A stretch of 64,000 nucleotides of DNA from assembly GCA_946616295.1 (NCBI GenBank), contig CAMOIU010000001.1:17748-81747 (forward strand). Reading direction: 5' to 3'. The notes under the pieces were generated by a model. That model did not search any database. It worked only from the letters and a program-made list of their open reading frames with translations, and was not told the DNA's origin. The position numbers and the translations under genes are program-made. This DNA comes from an uncultured Lachnospiraceae bacterium (GTDB taxonomy: Bacteria; Bacillota; Clostridia; Lachnospirales; Lachnospiraceae). Below, piece after piece: positions 9,853 to 19,390 of the stretch. Numbering within the stretch: position 1 is the stretch's first letter; every line of letters starts with the position of its first letter.

Positions 9853-10713
9853 ATGAAAATCGATCTCAAGAAGGACATCAAAGTCATTTGTATCATCATC
9901 CTGTGCGCGCTGGGCATGGCGCTCAACATCAAGACCTTTGTGCGGACAGGCGGCCTGTACCCGGGCGGCGCCACGGGGCTGTCGATCCTCCTGCAGAGGA
10001 TCGCGGAGCGGTTCTGGGGCGTGGAGATCCCCTATTCCGTCGTGAATATACTGATGAATACAGTGCCCGTCTACATCGGCTTCCGCTATATCGGGAAGAA
10101 GTTCACCCTCTACTCCTGCCTGATGATCCTGCTGACGGGCCTTTTCACAGACCTGATCCCGGCTCACGTCATCACCCAGGATATCCTTCTGATCAGCGTG
10201 TTCGGAGGCATCATCAACGGCTTCGTGGTCAGCATGTGCCTTACATCGGGCGCGACGACCGGCGGAACCGATTTCATCGGCATCTACCTGTCGCAGAAGA
10301 AGGGCGTGGATTCCTTCTCCTTTGTACTGCTGATCAACGCCGTCATCCTGGGCGCTTCCGGTCTCCTGTTCGGCTGGGACAAGGCCCTCTACTCCATGAT
10401 CTTCCAGTATGTCTCCACCCAGGTCATGCACACCATGTACAGGATGTACCAGCAGGACACCCTCCTCATCGTGACCCGCTATCCCCAGGAGGTCGCCCAC
10501 GTGATCCATGAAGTGAGCAGCCATGGCGCGACCATCCTCCATGGCGAGGGCTCCCACGACCATCAAGAGAAGCAGATCGTCTACTCCGTGATCGCCAGCT
10601 CCCAGAGCCGCCAGGTCCTCGAGGCCGTGCGCCGGGTGGACGATCAGGCCTTCATCAACCACCTGAGGACCCAGGCGGTGATCGGCCACTTCAACCAGCC
10701 CGTGAGGGAATGA
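9853..10713 (+). CDS. YitT-family membrane protein
   Basis: GLYPGGATGLS, GATTGGTDFI, TM helices, and a C-terminal DUF2179-like GATILHGEG...DDQAFI region. Confidence 0.88.
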   Translation: MKIDLKKDIKVICIIILCALGMALNIKTFVRTGGLYPGGATGLSILLQRIAERFWGVEIPYSVVNILMNTVPVYIGFRYIGKKFTLYSCLMILLTGLFTDLIPAHVITQDILLISVFGGIINGFVVSMCLTSGATTGGTDFIGIYLSQKKGVDSFSFVLLINAVILGASGLLFGWDKALYSMIFQYVSTQVMHTMYRMYQQDTLLIVTRYPQEVAHVIHEVSSHGATILHGEGSHDHQEKQIVYSVIASSQSRQVLEAVRRVDDQAFINHLRTQAVIGHFNQPVRE

Positions 10714-10845
10714 CGGGCTCTCACAGGGCCTCACACAGGGGACGGTTCTCTGTGAGAGGCTGCGTTTGATTCTCACACAGGGGACGGTTCTCTGTCTCAC
10801 AGGGTCTCACACAGGGGACGGTTCTCTGTGTGAGGCTGCGTTTGA
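10714..10845 (+). repeat. Cluster of three REP-like palindromes (CACAGGGGACGGTTCTCTGTG)
   Basis: Copies at 10734-10754, 10776-10795 and 10810-10830, with repeated GAGGCTGCGTTTGAT flanks. Confidence 0.85.
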
Positions 10846-10863
10846 TGATGTGAAGCTCGTGGA

Positions 10864-11233
10864 CCCGTTAAATCACCCCGCCCGGCCGCAGAAAACTTTC
10901 TGGGTTGAATGCCGGCCCATTAAGTCAACCCACTCAGCTGCAGGAAGCTTCCTGGGATGAAATCCGGTCCCGTTGATCACCCCGCCCGGCCGCAGGAAAC
11001 TTCCTGGGTTGAATGCCGGCCCATTAAGTCAACCCACTCAGCTGCAGGAGGCTTCTTGGGATGAATTCCGGTTCCGTTAAGTCACCCCGCCCGGCCGCAG
11101 AAATCTTCCTGGGTTGAATTCCAATCCCGCTAAGTCAACCCACTCAGCCGCGGGAGGCTTCAAGGGTTGAATCCCAGTCCGTTAAATCAACCCACCCGGC
11201 CGCAGACATTTTCCTGGGTTGAATATCAATCCC
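10864..11233. repeat. Tandem array of seven 52-53-bp palindromic units
   Basis: Units (TCA[A/C]CCC...GCAG...GGG[T/A]TGAA...) start at 10873, 10925, 10977, 11029, 11082, 11135 and 11187. Confidence 0.9.
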
Positions 11234-11293
11234 TACACTAGTACCTATAATTGGACACGCCAGGCAGACGATCAGCCTTGTGTGTTTATGCAA

Positions 11294-11445
11294 AAAAGGA
11301 CCGCACAGAGGACTGTCCCCCTGTGCGGCCCGCATATTATCTGGATTTTTTGCTGTTTTATCGTGTCATTCACACAGAGAACCGTCCCCTGTGAGACCCC
11401 TGTGAGACCCTGTGAGAGGCACCTGTGCGAGGCCCCTGTGTGGGC
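11294..11445 (-). repeat. About 103-bp composite REP element (two palindromes plus a conserved linker) followed by short CCCTGTGAGA repeats
   Basis: 11294-11396 is a near-identical reverse complement of 36575-36678. Confidence 0.85.
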
Positions 11446-12837
11446 TCAGAGAATACCCAGGGACATGAGGAGCAGGATGGCCAGAAGGACGGGGGCGATG
11501 TAGCGGATCATCACGTTGACGAGAGGGCGGCGGGCGTAGTGCTCGCCGTTTTTGGTGACCTCAGCGGTGATCTTGTCCGTGCCGAGGATCCAGCCGAAGA
11601 GGATGCAGGTGCCGATGGCGACAATGGGCATCAGGATGTAATTGCTGATGTAGTCGAGGATGTCGAGGACCTGTCCGATGCTGCCGTTGGGGAGGGGCAG
11701 CTCAAAGTAGAGCTTGTTGTAGCCCAGGCAGACGATGATGCCGATCACGAGGGCCAGGATGGTCTCCAGGATCGTGGCGTTGCTGCGCTTCATGTGGAAT
11801 TCATCGATGAAGCTGGAGACGACGGCCTCCATGACGGACATGGCGCTGGTGATGGCCGCGAAGAGGACCATGGCAAAAAAGAAGGCGCCGATGACGTTGC
11901 CGATGGGGCCCATGGCCAGGAAGACCTTGGGGAGGGAAACGAACATCAGGGAAGGGCCGGTGGACATGCCCTCCATGCCCATGAAGACATAGACGGCGGG
12001 GATGATCATGACACCGGCGAGGAAGGCGACCAGGGTATCGAAGATCTCGATGCGGGAGACCGACTGCGCGAGGTTGGCGTCATCCGGCACATAGGAGCCG
12101 TAGGCGATCAGGATGCCCATGGCGACGCTGAGACTGTAGAAGAGCTGTCCCAGGGCGTCCATGACGATGGTGAAGAATTTGTGTAAGGTGATACCCTCCA
12201 GGCTGGGGATCAGCAGCACGCGCAGGCCGTCCAGGCCCGTCACGGTGTTGCCTGCCGGGTCAGTGCTGCGGACCGTCAGGGAGAAGATGGCGATGCCGAT
12301 GACCAGGATCAGGAGGATGGGCATCAGGATCCGGGAGGAGCGTTCGATGCCGCCTTCCACACCCATGAAGATGACCACGGCACAGGCGCCGAGGAAGAGG
12401 ATCAGGTAGACGATGGGCTCCACAGGACTGGTAATAAAGCCCGTGAAGAAACCGTCCTGGGCCGCCTCCGCCCCGTGACCGGTGGCGTAGACCACGAAGT
12501 ATTTGAGGACCCAGCCGCCGATGGCGCTGTAGTAGGGCATGATCATGAAGGGCACCACACAGCCGAGGACGCCCAGCCAGCCCCAGCCTTTCCGCAGCTG
12601 CTTATAGGCCGAGAGGGGGCTCTTTTTCGTCATACGGCCGACGCTGGTCTCTGTGATCATCAGCGAGAAGCCGAAGGTCAGTGCCAGGATCAGGTAGATG
12701 ACCAGAAAGAGTCCGCCGCCGTCGCGCGCCGCGAGATAGGGAAAACGCCAGATGTTGCCGAGGCCGACAGCGCTGCCTGCCGCCGCCAGCACGAAACCGA
12801 GAGACCCTGCGAAGGAGCCCCGCTTCTGATTATTCAT
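11446..12837 (-). CDS. Sodium-dependent transporter, NSS/SNF family
   Basis: GSAVGLGNIWRFPY, GGGLFL, QLFYSLS, GPSLMFVSLP motifs; likely start ATG 12837 after AAAGGA. Confidence 0.93.
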   Translation of the reverse strand: MNNQKRGSFAGSLGFVLAAAGSAVGLGNIWRFPYLAARDGGGLFLVIYLILALTFGFSLMITETSVGRMTKKSPLSAYKQLRKGWGWLGVLGCVVPFMIMPYYSAIGGWVLKYFVVYATGHGAEAAQDGFFTGFITSPVEPIVYLILFLGACAVVIFMGVEGGIERSSRILMPILLILVIGIAIFSLTVRSTDPAGNTVTGLDGLRVLLIPSLEGITLHKFFTIVMDALGQLFYSLSVAMGILIAYGSYVPDDANLAQSVSRIEIFDTLVAFLAGVMIIPAVYVFMGMEGMSTGPSLMFVSLPKVFLAMGPIGNVIGAFFFAMVLFAAITSAMSVMEAVVSSFIDEFHMKRSNATILETILALVIGIIVCLGYNKLYFELPLPNGSIGQVLDILDYISNYILMPIVAIGTCILFGWILGTDKITAEVTKNGEHYARRPLVNVMIRYIAPVLLAILLLMSLGIL

Positions 12838-12923
12838 GGGTATGGTAGTCCTTTCCGGACCGCGAGAGAGACGGTTTACCGCGCGGTTTTTTGAATATAA
12901 ACGCATGACAGCATAGTAAACCG

Positions 12924-12944
12924 CGCAGAGAACCGTCCCCTGCG
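12924..12944 (-). repeat. Single REP-like palindrome
   Basis: CGCAGAGAACCGTCCCCTGCG. Confidence 0.8.
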
Positions 12945-13024
12945 CGGGCTGTGGTCTGAACAATACAGCATATTAGCGCATTTTACAGATTTCGGCAAGC
13001 GTGAACATAAGGGCTCAGGCTTGT

Positions 13025-13684
13025 TTATTGAAACAAAGAGGTGAAGCCAAACTGCTTGGCATGGTCGATATGACTGAACAGTTTCTCGGAAGCCGCCTGC
13101 CATTGCTGGTCCAGACAGAGATCGATGATCGCTCTGTGCTCCGCACAGGAGGAGAGTATGAATTCTTTATTGCTCTGAGGTACAGCATTCAGATAATAAC
13201 GGACTCTTGTGTCCTGCATGCGGATCTGGATGTAATGCTGGCGCAGGAAAAGGTTGGGACAGGCATTGACGATCAGATAATGAAAAGCGTCATCATTTCT
13301 GTAAAAAGCTCCGAAGTCTTCGAGAAAAGATTGTGCATTTTCCTCATTAAATATAGATGCATAGCGCTGCAGCTCATCTGCAGGAATGCGCTCACCGTAA
13401 TGTGTCAGAACATAGGGTTCATAGAGTTCACGAAGTTCCGTCGTCATGGAAAGCTGATTGGACCTTACCGGAGAGATCAGGATCCCATGTTTGGGTTTCA
13501 CTTCCAGCAGGCCTTCCTGCTCAAGCCTGCCAATGGCATCCCTTGCCGGGGTGCGGCTGATCTGCAGGTCGGAAGCAATGATCTCCTCCGTAATGAAAGA
13601 GCCGGGTTCATATTCACAAGTTATGATCTTCTTTTTTAATTCTTCATAGGCAAATGTTTTGAGATTCGTTCTTGCCATGGTCAT
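13025..13684 (-). CDS. GntR/FadR-family transcriptional regulator
   Basis: AYEELKKKII...YEPG...ISRTPARDAIGRLEQEGL wHTH plus an FCD-like C-terminus (DDAFH...EHRAII). Confidence 0.92.
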   Translation of the reverse strand: MTMARTNLKTFAYEELKKKIITCEYEPGSFITEEIIASDLQISRTPARDAIGRLEQEGLLEVKPKHGILISPVRSNQLSMTTELRELYEPYVLTHYGERIPADELQRYASIFNEENAQSFLEDFGAFYRNDDAFHYLIVNACPNLFLRQHYIQIRMQDTRVRYYLNAVPQSNKEFILSSCAEHRAIIDLCLDQQWQAASEKLFSHIDHAKQFGFTSLFQ

Positions 13685-13766
13685 ACCTCCTGCGGGAATT
13701 TGAGGTGACAGATGGCGGCGACAGGATGCCGCTCATCCATCTCTTAAAAGAATTATACTATGTTAT

Positions 13767-13842
13767 ATACAACAATTCAAAACTGATTGACAAGGACAGA
13801 GATTCATGCTATAAATGATGTATACAACAAAGGATACAACAA
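13767..13842 (+). promoter_or_regulatory. Sigma-A promoter of the TRAP operon with candidate GntR operators
   Basis: TTGACA (13787-13792), 17 bp, TG-C-TATAAA (13810-13815); ATACAACAA occurs three times (13767, 13822, 13834); TGTATACA palindrome at 13819-13826. Confidence 0.7.
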
Positions 13843-13882
13843 GTAAGCAAGGCGTAATCATTCAGACATGAAAGGAGAAAAG

Positions 13883-14941
13883 ATGAAAAAGAAAGTGATC
13901 AGCCTGTTTCTTGCTGCAGTGATGGCATGTATGACTGTCGCCTGCGGTTCTTCCGCTTCGGGAACGGCAGAGAAGGAAGAGGACAAGCAGGAAGAACAGC
14001 AGGAGGCGGCTGCTGAGACTGTGGAACTGGCATGGAACCTTCCGGATCCCGAGGGCCATCCGTGGACAGATACTGCCAAAGAGATCGCCGAGAAGATCGA
14101 GGAGAGATCCGGCGGCACACTCAAGGTCACGGTCTATCCCAACAATCAGATGGGTCAGGTCGAGGCTGTAGAAATGATGGCGAACGGTTCTCTTGCCATG
14201 GACCTCGCCGGCGCAGCAGCTTTTGCAGGATACTATGCTCCTGCTGAGATCCTTACTCTTCCTTATACTTTTGAGGATGCCGATCAGGGCTACGCTTACT
14301 TCGAGTCCGATTATGGCAAGGAGCTGTTCCAGACCATCGAGGATGCCAGCGGCATCATGACGCTGGATCTCTGGTATTTTGGCGATCGTGAACTCACCAC
14401 CAAGGGCGTGGACGTCAACGTTCCCGCTGATCTGAAGGGAGTTCCGATCCGCTGCATGGATTCCACCGGATCCAAGTGCGTGATCGAGTCCCTCGGCGGT
14501 TCCCCTGTACCTATGGCACTGGCAGAGACCTATCTCTCCCTGCAGACCGGTACCGTGAAGGGGCAGGAGAATCCGCTTCCCACGATCATCGCTCAGAAAT
14601 TCACCGAAGTGCAGGACCATATCATCATGACGCATCACAGCGTTCACATGGGCACGGTGAACTTCTCCAAAAAGATCTGGGATACTCTGACTGCGGAGCA
14701 GCAGGTCATCCTTGACACGCTCGCAGAGTATCGTCCCATCGTTACGCAGCGTATCAATGACAAGCAGGATGCAGACCTCGAAGAGCTGAAAAAAGCCGGC
14801 ATGACCGTGCAGGAAGTGGATCTGGAAGCCTTCAGAGCCAACGCGCAGCAGATCGTCAGCAGCACTTACGGCAGCGATCCCGAGTGGGCCAAGGTCATCG
14901 AAAATCTGGAGAAATTCAAAGAAGAATATAAGGGCAACTGA
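13883..14941 (+). CDS. TRAP transporter substrate-binding lipoprotein (DctP)
   Basis: Lipobox MTVAC; VYPNNQMG, DLKGVPIR, YLSLQTGTVKGQENP motifs. Confidence 0.92.
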   Translation: MKKKVISLFLAAVMACMTVACGSSASGTAEKEEDKQEEQQEAAAETVELAWNLPDPEGHPWTDTAKEIAEKIEERSGGTLKVTVYPNNQMGQVEAVEMMANGSLAMDLAGAAAFAGYYAPAEILTLPYTFEDADQGYAYFESDYGKELFQTIEDASGIMTLDLWYFGDRELTTKGVDVNVPADLKGVPIRCMDSTGSKCVIESLGGSPVPMALAETYLSLQTGTVKGQENPLPTIIAQKFTEVQDHIIMTHHSVHMGTVNFSKKIWDTLTAEQQVILDTLAEYRPIVTQRINDKQDADLEELKKAGMTVQEVDLEAFRANAQQIVSSTYGSDPEWAKVIENLEKFKEEYKGN

Positions 14942-14980
14942 TCGCTGCCCACGGTAAAGACTGCCTGTTCGGAGAAGATC

Positions 14981-15478
14981 ATGAAAGAAATGATGAAAAA
15001 AGTGTGCAGCCGCTTTGAAGAATATCTGTGCATGATACTGATGGTCATCATGTGCTTCGCAACAACGCTGCAGATCATCTGCAGGCTGCTCGGCCATCCG
15101 CTGGTTTGGAGCATGGAGCTGTCAGTCTACTGCTTCATCTGGGTGGCATTCATAGGCATGGCCTGGGCCGAGAAGAATCATTCTCACTTTGCAGTGGACG
15201 TATTCACCCGATGGATCAAAGGCAGACCCAAAATGGTGCTGGACATGGTGAATGATGTACTGGCAGCCGGGTTCTACGCTTTCCTGGTATACTGGGCGGC
15301 CATGTATTTTCCCACACTGGTCAAACAGCTTTCCACAGCACTCAGGATCTCCAAGTCGGTTCCGGAAGCGGCTATGATCGTGGGATTCGGACTATGCCTG
15401 ATCCATCGTATCTCTCATCTGATCCGGACAGGCGTCAGCTTCAAGAACGGCGAAACAGCAGAGGAGGGCGTGAAATGA
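14981..15478 (+). CDS. TRAP transporter small permease (DctQ)
   Basis: Four TM helices; WSMELSVY, HFAVD. Confidence 0.88.
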   Translation: MKEMMKKVCSRFEEYLCMILMVIMCFATTLQIICRLLGHPLVWSMELSVYCFIWVAFIGMAWAEKNHSHFAVDVFTRWIKGRPKMVLDMVNDVLAAGFYAFLVYWAAMYFPTLVKQLSTALRISKSVPEAAMIVGFGLCLIHRISHLIRTGVSFKNGETAEEGVK

Positions 15479-16767
15479 ACATCTCACCGCTTGCCGCATT
15501 TTTCCTGGTCTTTGTGATCCTGGTAGTGATCAGGATGCCCATGTTCATGTGCCTGATGGGTTCGGCGGTCATCTATATCATTATGAGCCCGCAGCTGAAC
15601 ATGCTTACAGCCATGACCAAGCTGATGGCCGGACCTAATTCGTACACGCTTCTGGCTGTGCCGTTCTTCATCCTGGCGGCACAGCTGATGAACAACGGCG
15701 GTGTGACCGACCGGATCTTCGGATTCTGCAAAGTGCTTTTGGGGCATCTTCCCGGCGGCCTTGCCTATGTCAATGTGGCAGCCAGCCTGATCTTTTCCGG
15801 GATCAGCGGATCGGCACTGGCAGATGTCGGAGGTCTGGGACAGCTCGAGATCAAGGCGATGCGTGACGAGGGATATGACGATGACCTCACCATCGGCATC
15901 ACCGCTGCATCGAGTACCGTCGGCCCGATCATTCCCCCCAGCATTCCCTTCATCATCTATGCTTCCATGGCAGGCGTCTCTGTCGGCGCAATGTTCATGG
16001 GCGGTATCGGCCCCGGGATCCTCTGCAGCATCGTCCTGTGCATCTACATTTATATGTTGACCAAAAAACGGCACTATAAGGCGCATGAAAAGGCTTCCGG
16101 AAGAGAGATCTGGGATTCCTTCAAAAATGCCTTTGCCGCGCTGATGTTCCCCGTGATCATGCTCGGAAGCATATGGTCCGGTGTCGTGACACCGACCGAG
16201 GCAGCTATGATCGCGGTGCTCTACGGCCTGTTCGTCAGCATCTTCCTCTATAAGGATATCAAGCTGCAGCAGCTGCCGGAGATCATCATCGGTGCGCTGG
16301 AGCAGGCAGGTCCTTCTATGGCGTGTGTGATCTCCGCTGGCGTTTTTGCCTGGGTTCTGACGTATGAAAAGATCGATTCCGTGGCAGTCAGCCTCATTCT
16401 TTCGATCACGCAGAACAAATTTGTGATCCTTCTGCTTCTGAACGTACTGCTGCTCTTCCTGGGCATGTTCGTGGAAGTCACCGCGGCGATCATGATCACG
16501 CTGCCGATCCTGACTCCTCTGATCGCCATTGCCGGGATCAATCCCGTTCACATGGGCATTATTCTGGTCTTCAATATGATGATCGGCCTTCTGACACCGC
16601 CTGTCGGCTTCTCACTGTACATGCTGACAAGCGTAGCCAACCGGAAGTTTGACGACATCGTGAAGATGGTCACGCCGTGGCTGATCCCGCTGTTTATCGT
16701 ACTGGCCCTGATCACTTATTTTGAACCGTTTGTGATGGGGCTGCCCAGACTGTTGGGTCTGGTCTGA
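15475..16767 (+). CDS. TRAP transporter large permease (DctM)
   Basis: LLAVPFFILAA, GISGSALAD, GPIIPPSIP, TPTEAA, GLLTPPVG. Confidence 0.93.
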   Translation: MNISPLAAFFLVFVILVVIRMPMFMCLMGSAVIYIIMSPQLNMLTAMTKLMAGPNSYTLLAVPFFILAAQLMNNGGVTDRIFGFCKVLLGHLPGGLAYVNVAASLIFSGISGSALADVGGLGQLEIKAMRDEGYDDDLTIGITAASSTVGPIIPPSIPFIIYASMAGVSVGAMFMGGIGPGILCSIVLCIYIYMLTKKRHYKAHEKASGREIWDSFKNAFAALMFPVIMLGSIWSGVVTPTEAAMIAVLYGLFVSIFLYKDIKLQQLPEIIIGALEQAGPSMACVISAGVFAWVLTYEKIDSVAVSLILSITQNKFVILLLLNVLLLFLGMFVEVTAAIMITLPILTPLIAIAGINPVHMGIILVFNMMIGLLTPPVGFSLYMLTSVANRKFDDIVKMVTPWLIPLFIVLALITYFEPFVMGLPRLLGLV

Positions 16768-16781
16768 AAGGGCATTCACTT

Positions 16782-18209
16782 ATGGCAATGTTATCTGCAA
16801 CAACAGAAGGCGGACGTGTGGAAGGTGTGCGAGCTAATTTCCCCTTCTACACGATCTTCAAAGGCATTCCTTTCATGGCGCCGCCCGTGGGAGAGAACCG
16901 CTGGAAAGAACCACAGCCTGTTCAGCCCTGGGAAGGAGTTCTGCGGTGTGACCGTTTCGCACCGACCTGTATGCAGCCTCCGTATGCCTCCGAGGGGGGC
17001 CTCATCGCCAATGAATTCATGGGCGTACAGATGCCCATGGACGAAGACTGCATGTACCTGAATATCTGGACGCCTGCTGAATCTGAAGAGGAGAAGCTTC
17101 CGGTCGCCGTCTATTTTCACGGAGGAGCTTATACTACCGGACTCAGTTACCTGAACTGCTTCGACGGCGAGGGCTTCAACAAGCGGGGGATCATCTTCGT
17201 GACCATCCCTTACAGGCTGAATATCTTTGGCTTCCTGGCGCATCCGCTGCTGACGGAGGAATCCGAACATAAGGCATCGGGCAATTACGCCTACCTGGAT
17301 CTGATCGCCGGTCTCAAATGGGTCAGGAGAAACATTCGCAGTTTCGGCGGAGATCCTGAGAATGTTACGATCTTCGGACAGTCTGCCGGCGCGGGCTGTG
17401 TGCGGGCAATGTGCACATCGCCGCTCGCTGACGGTCTGTTCCGCAGGGCGATCATTCAGTCAATAGGTGTTCTGGACCACAAACCTTTCACGGTATGGGG
17501 CAAGGACCTGAGCACTGCCGAGCAGCTGGGCAGAGATTTCTGGAACTACTGCGGATATACATCCGTCGAAGAGGCCAGGCAGGCTTCCGCGCAGGAACTC
17601 CTGGATCGGTTCATGGCGTTCGGCAGGGAGAAAAGATACGAAACGGACGACGAGCAGTATGCGGGCGGATACCTGCGCTTCGGCCCTGTGGAGCGCGACG
17701 GCTACTTCTATCCGGAGATCTCTGCGGATGCCATTCGGAGGGGCCATCACAAAGAGATCACCTATGTGATAGGGTCGACGGCTAATGAATATCCCTACAT
17801 GACACCCTGCAATATTGCTTTTGCGGAGAATGAGATCTGTCTGGGCAGGAAACCTGCCTATGTCTATTATTTCCAGTATGTTCCGCCTGGTGCGGAGGAG
17901 GAAGGCGCACACCATTCCGTGGAGCACCATTATGTCTTTCAGACACTGTTTCGCTCGCAGAGACCTTATGGAGGGTTTGACTTTGAGCTCTCCAATGAGA
18001 TGGCGGACAGGTGGGCTGCATTCTTTAAGACCGGCGACCCGAATTGTCCGGAGAAGCCTTATGCACAGTGGCGACCGTATTCCAAAGAGGACAGAGAGGT
18101 CCTCGGCATCACAAGAAAAGGCTGCCATATGATGTTCTGCCCGATGTCGCCGGAAAGAGAAAAGCGGATCCGGGAAGAACTGGAAAGGGCGGTAAATGAA
18201 GTAAAATGA
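16782..18209 (+). CDS. Type-B carboxylesterase
   Basis: FKGIPF, EDCMYLNIWTP, FHGGAY, YRLNIFGFL, GGDPENVTIFGQSAG (catalytic Ser), GSTANE, AHHSVE; no signal peptide. Confidence 0.9.
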   Translation: MAMLSATTEGGRVEGVRANFPFYTIFKGIPFMAPPVGENRWKEPQPVQPWEGVLRCDRFAPTCMQPPYASEGGLIANEFMGVQMPMDEDCMYLNIWTPAESEEEKLPVAVYFHGGAYTTGLSYLNCFDGEGFNKRGIIFVTIPYRLNIFGFLAHPLLTEESEHKASGNYAYLDLIAGLKWVRRNIRSFGGDPENVTIFGQSAGAGCVRAMCTSPLADGLFRRAIIQSIGVLDHKPFTVWGKDLSTAEQLGRDFWNYCGYTSVEEARQASAQELLDRFMAFGREKRYETDDEQYAGGYLRFGPVERDGYFYPEISADAIRRGHHKEITYVIGSTANEYPYMTPCNIAFAENEICLGRKPAYVYYFQYVPPGAEEEGAHHSVEHHYVFQTLFRSQRPYGGFDFELSNEMADRWAAFFKTGDPNCPEKPYAQWRPYSKEDREVLGITRKGCHMMFCPMSPEREKRIREELERAVNEVK

Positions 18210-19351
18210 AAGCGATCAGAATCATAAAACCCTGTAAAAACAGGGAGGTAAGGCACCGGGCAGAAGAGTATGTCCGGGTCGAGGAGACAGAGAAGCCGGT
18301 CCGCAGACCCGGAGAGGCACTGCTGAAGATCTTATATGGGGGGATCTGCGGGAGTGACAACGGATCGTACAAGGGAACCTTTGCATATGCACATTATCCG
18401 CTGATTCCGGGCCACGAATTCTCGGCACAGGTGATCGATGTGGATGAGGATAACGTGTACGGGATCAGAAAAGGCATGATCGTAACCTGCAACCCGTATA
18501 TGAATTGCGGTCACTGCATTGCCTGCAGGAGCGGAAATGTCAACGCCTGTATGAACAATCAGACCCTGGGCTGTCAGCGCGACGGAGCTTTTCGCGAATA
18601 TTTCACGATGCCGGTGGAGAGATGCTATGACGGAAAAGGCATGGACCCGAAGACACTTGCCGCTATAGAGCCCTTCTGCATCTCCTATCACGGAATCCGC
18701 CGCGCGCAGGTCAAGGCAGGGGAGAAGGTCCTGGTCGTCGGAGCCGGAACGATCGGCACACTGGCAGCAGCTGCCGCCAACGCGCTGGGGGCCGAGGTCT
18801 ACATCGCAGACACGATGAAGGGGAAGCTGGAGAAGGTCGAAAACCTTGGCATCGTCAGGGGCACGATCCTCAATGATCTTTCAGATCCGGATTCGTTCAT
18901 GAGAGGAGTAGGGGAGATCACCGGATATGAGGATTTCCTCGATGGAGAGGGAAAGCTGCAGCACGTCTGCAACGGATTTGACGTCACGATCGAAGCGGTC
19001 GGGCTGCCCTCCACTTTCCAGAACTGCATTGACGCAGCCCGTTTCGGAGGACGGATGGTCCTGATCGGTGTTTCCAATCGACCTCTGGACTTCGGATTCA
19101 ACATCATCCAGAAAAAAGAACTTTCCGTCTATGGTTCCAGAAATGCTCTGGAAGAAGATTTCCGGAGCCTGATCGATCTGGTGAATGCCGGTGGTATTCC
19201 ACTGGATGCCATCATTACGAACACTTACGAGCTGCAGGATGCGGCTCAGGCATTTGACGATTTTGCCTGCAATCCCGGGAACATGCTCAAGGTATCGATC
19301 CATATCGGGGATCCCGTAGATCTTACCTGTTTTGATTACGCATCTGCCTGA
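18206..19351 (+). CDS. Zn-dependent dehydrogenase (MDR; sugar-acid dehydrogenase-like)
   Basis: GICGSD, PGHEF, CGHCIAC...NAC Zn motif, VVGAGTIG; overlaps the esterase stop (ATGA). Confidence 0.88.
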   Translation: MKAIRIIKPCKNREVRHRAEEYVRVEETEKPVRRPGEALLKILYGGICGSDNGSYKGTFAYAHYPLIPGHEFSAQVIDVDEDNVYGIRKGMIVTCNPYMNCGHCIACRSGNVNACMNNQTLGCQRDGAFREYFTMPVERCYDGKGMDPKTLAAIEPFCISYHGIRRAQVKAGEKVLVVGAGTIGTLAAAAANALGAEVYIADTMKGKLEKVENLGIVRGTILNDLSDPDSFMRGVGEITGYEDFLDGEGKLQHVCNGFDVTIEAVGLPSTFQNCIDAARFGGRMVLIGVSNRPLDFGFNIIQKKELSVYGSRNALEEDFRSLIDLVNAGGIPLDAIITNTYELQDAAQAFDDFACNPGNMLKVSIHIGDPVDLTCFDYASA

Positions 19352-19390
19352 CATCCTGTTCACGCATGGCTCATTGCTTCGCGCATAGAA

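Noticed and set aside
9844-10800. ORFs containing QRTVPC or GDGSLC peptides (also 10766-10960, 11219-11503, 36577-36804, and the extended starts of 11446-12963 and 37193)
   Set aside because: These peptides are translations of the REP-like palindrome, not real coding sequence.
10864-11233. CRISPR array
   Set aside because: The whole 52-53-bp unit is conserved with no unique spacers, and no cas genes are in the window. The ATTTCAATCC-like stretch is only a short resemblance. The same applies to 36818-37068.
13001-13639. 212-aa plus-strand ORF
   Set aside because: Antisense to a well-supported GntR gene.
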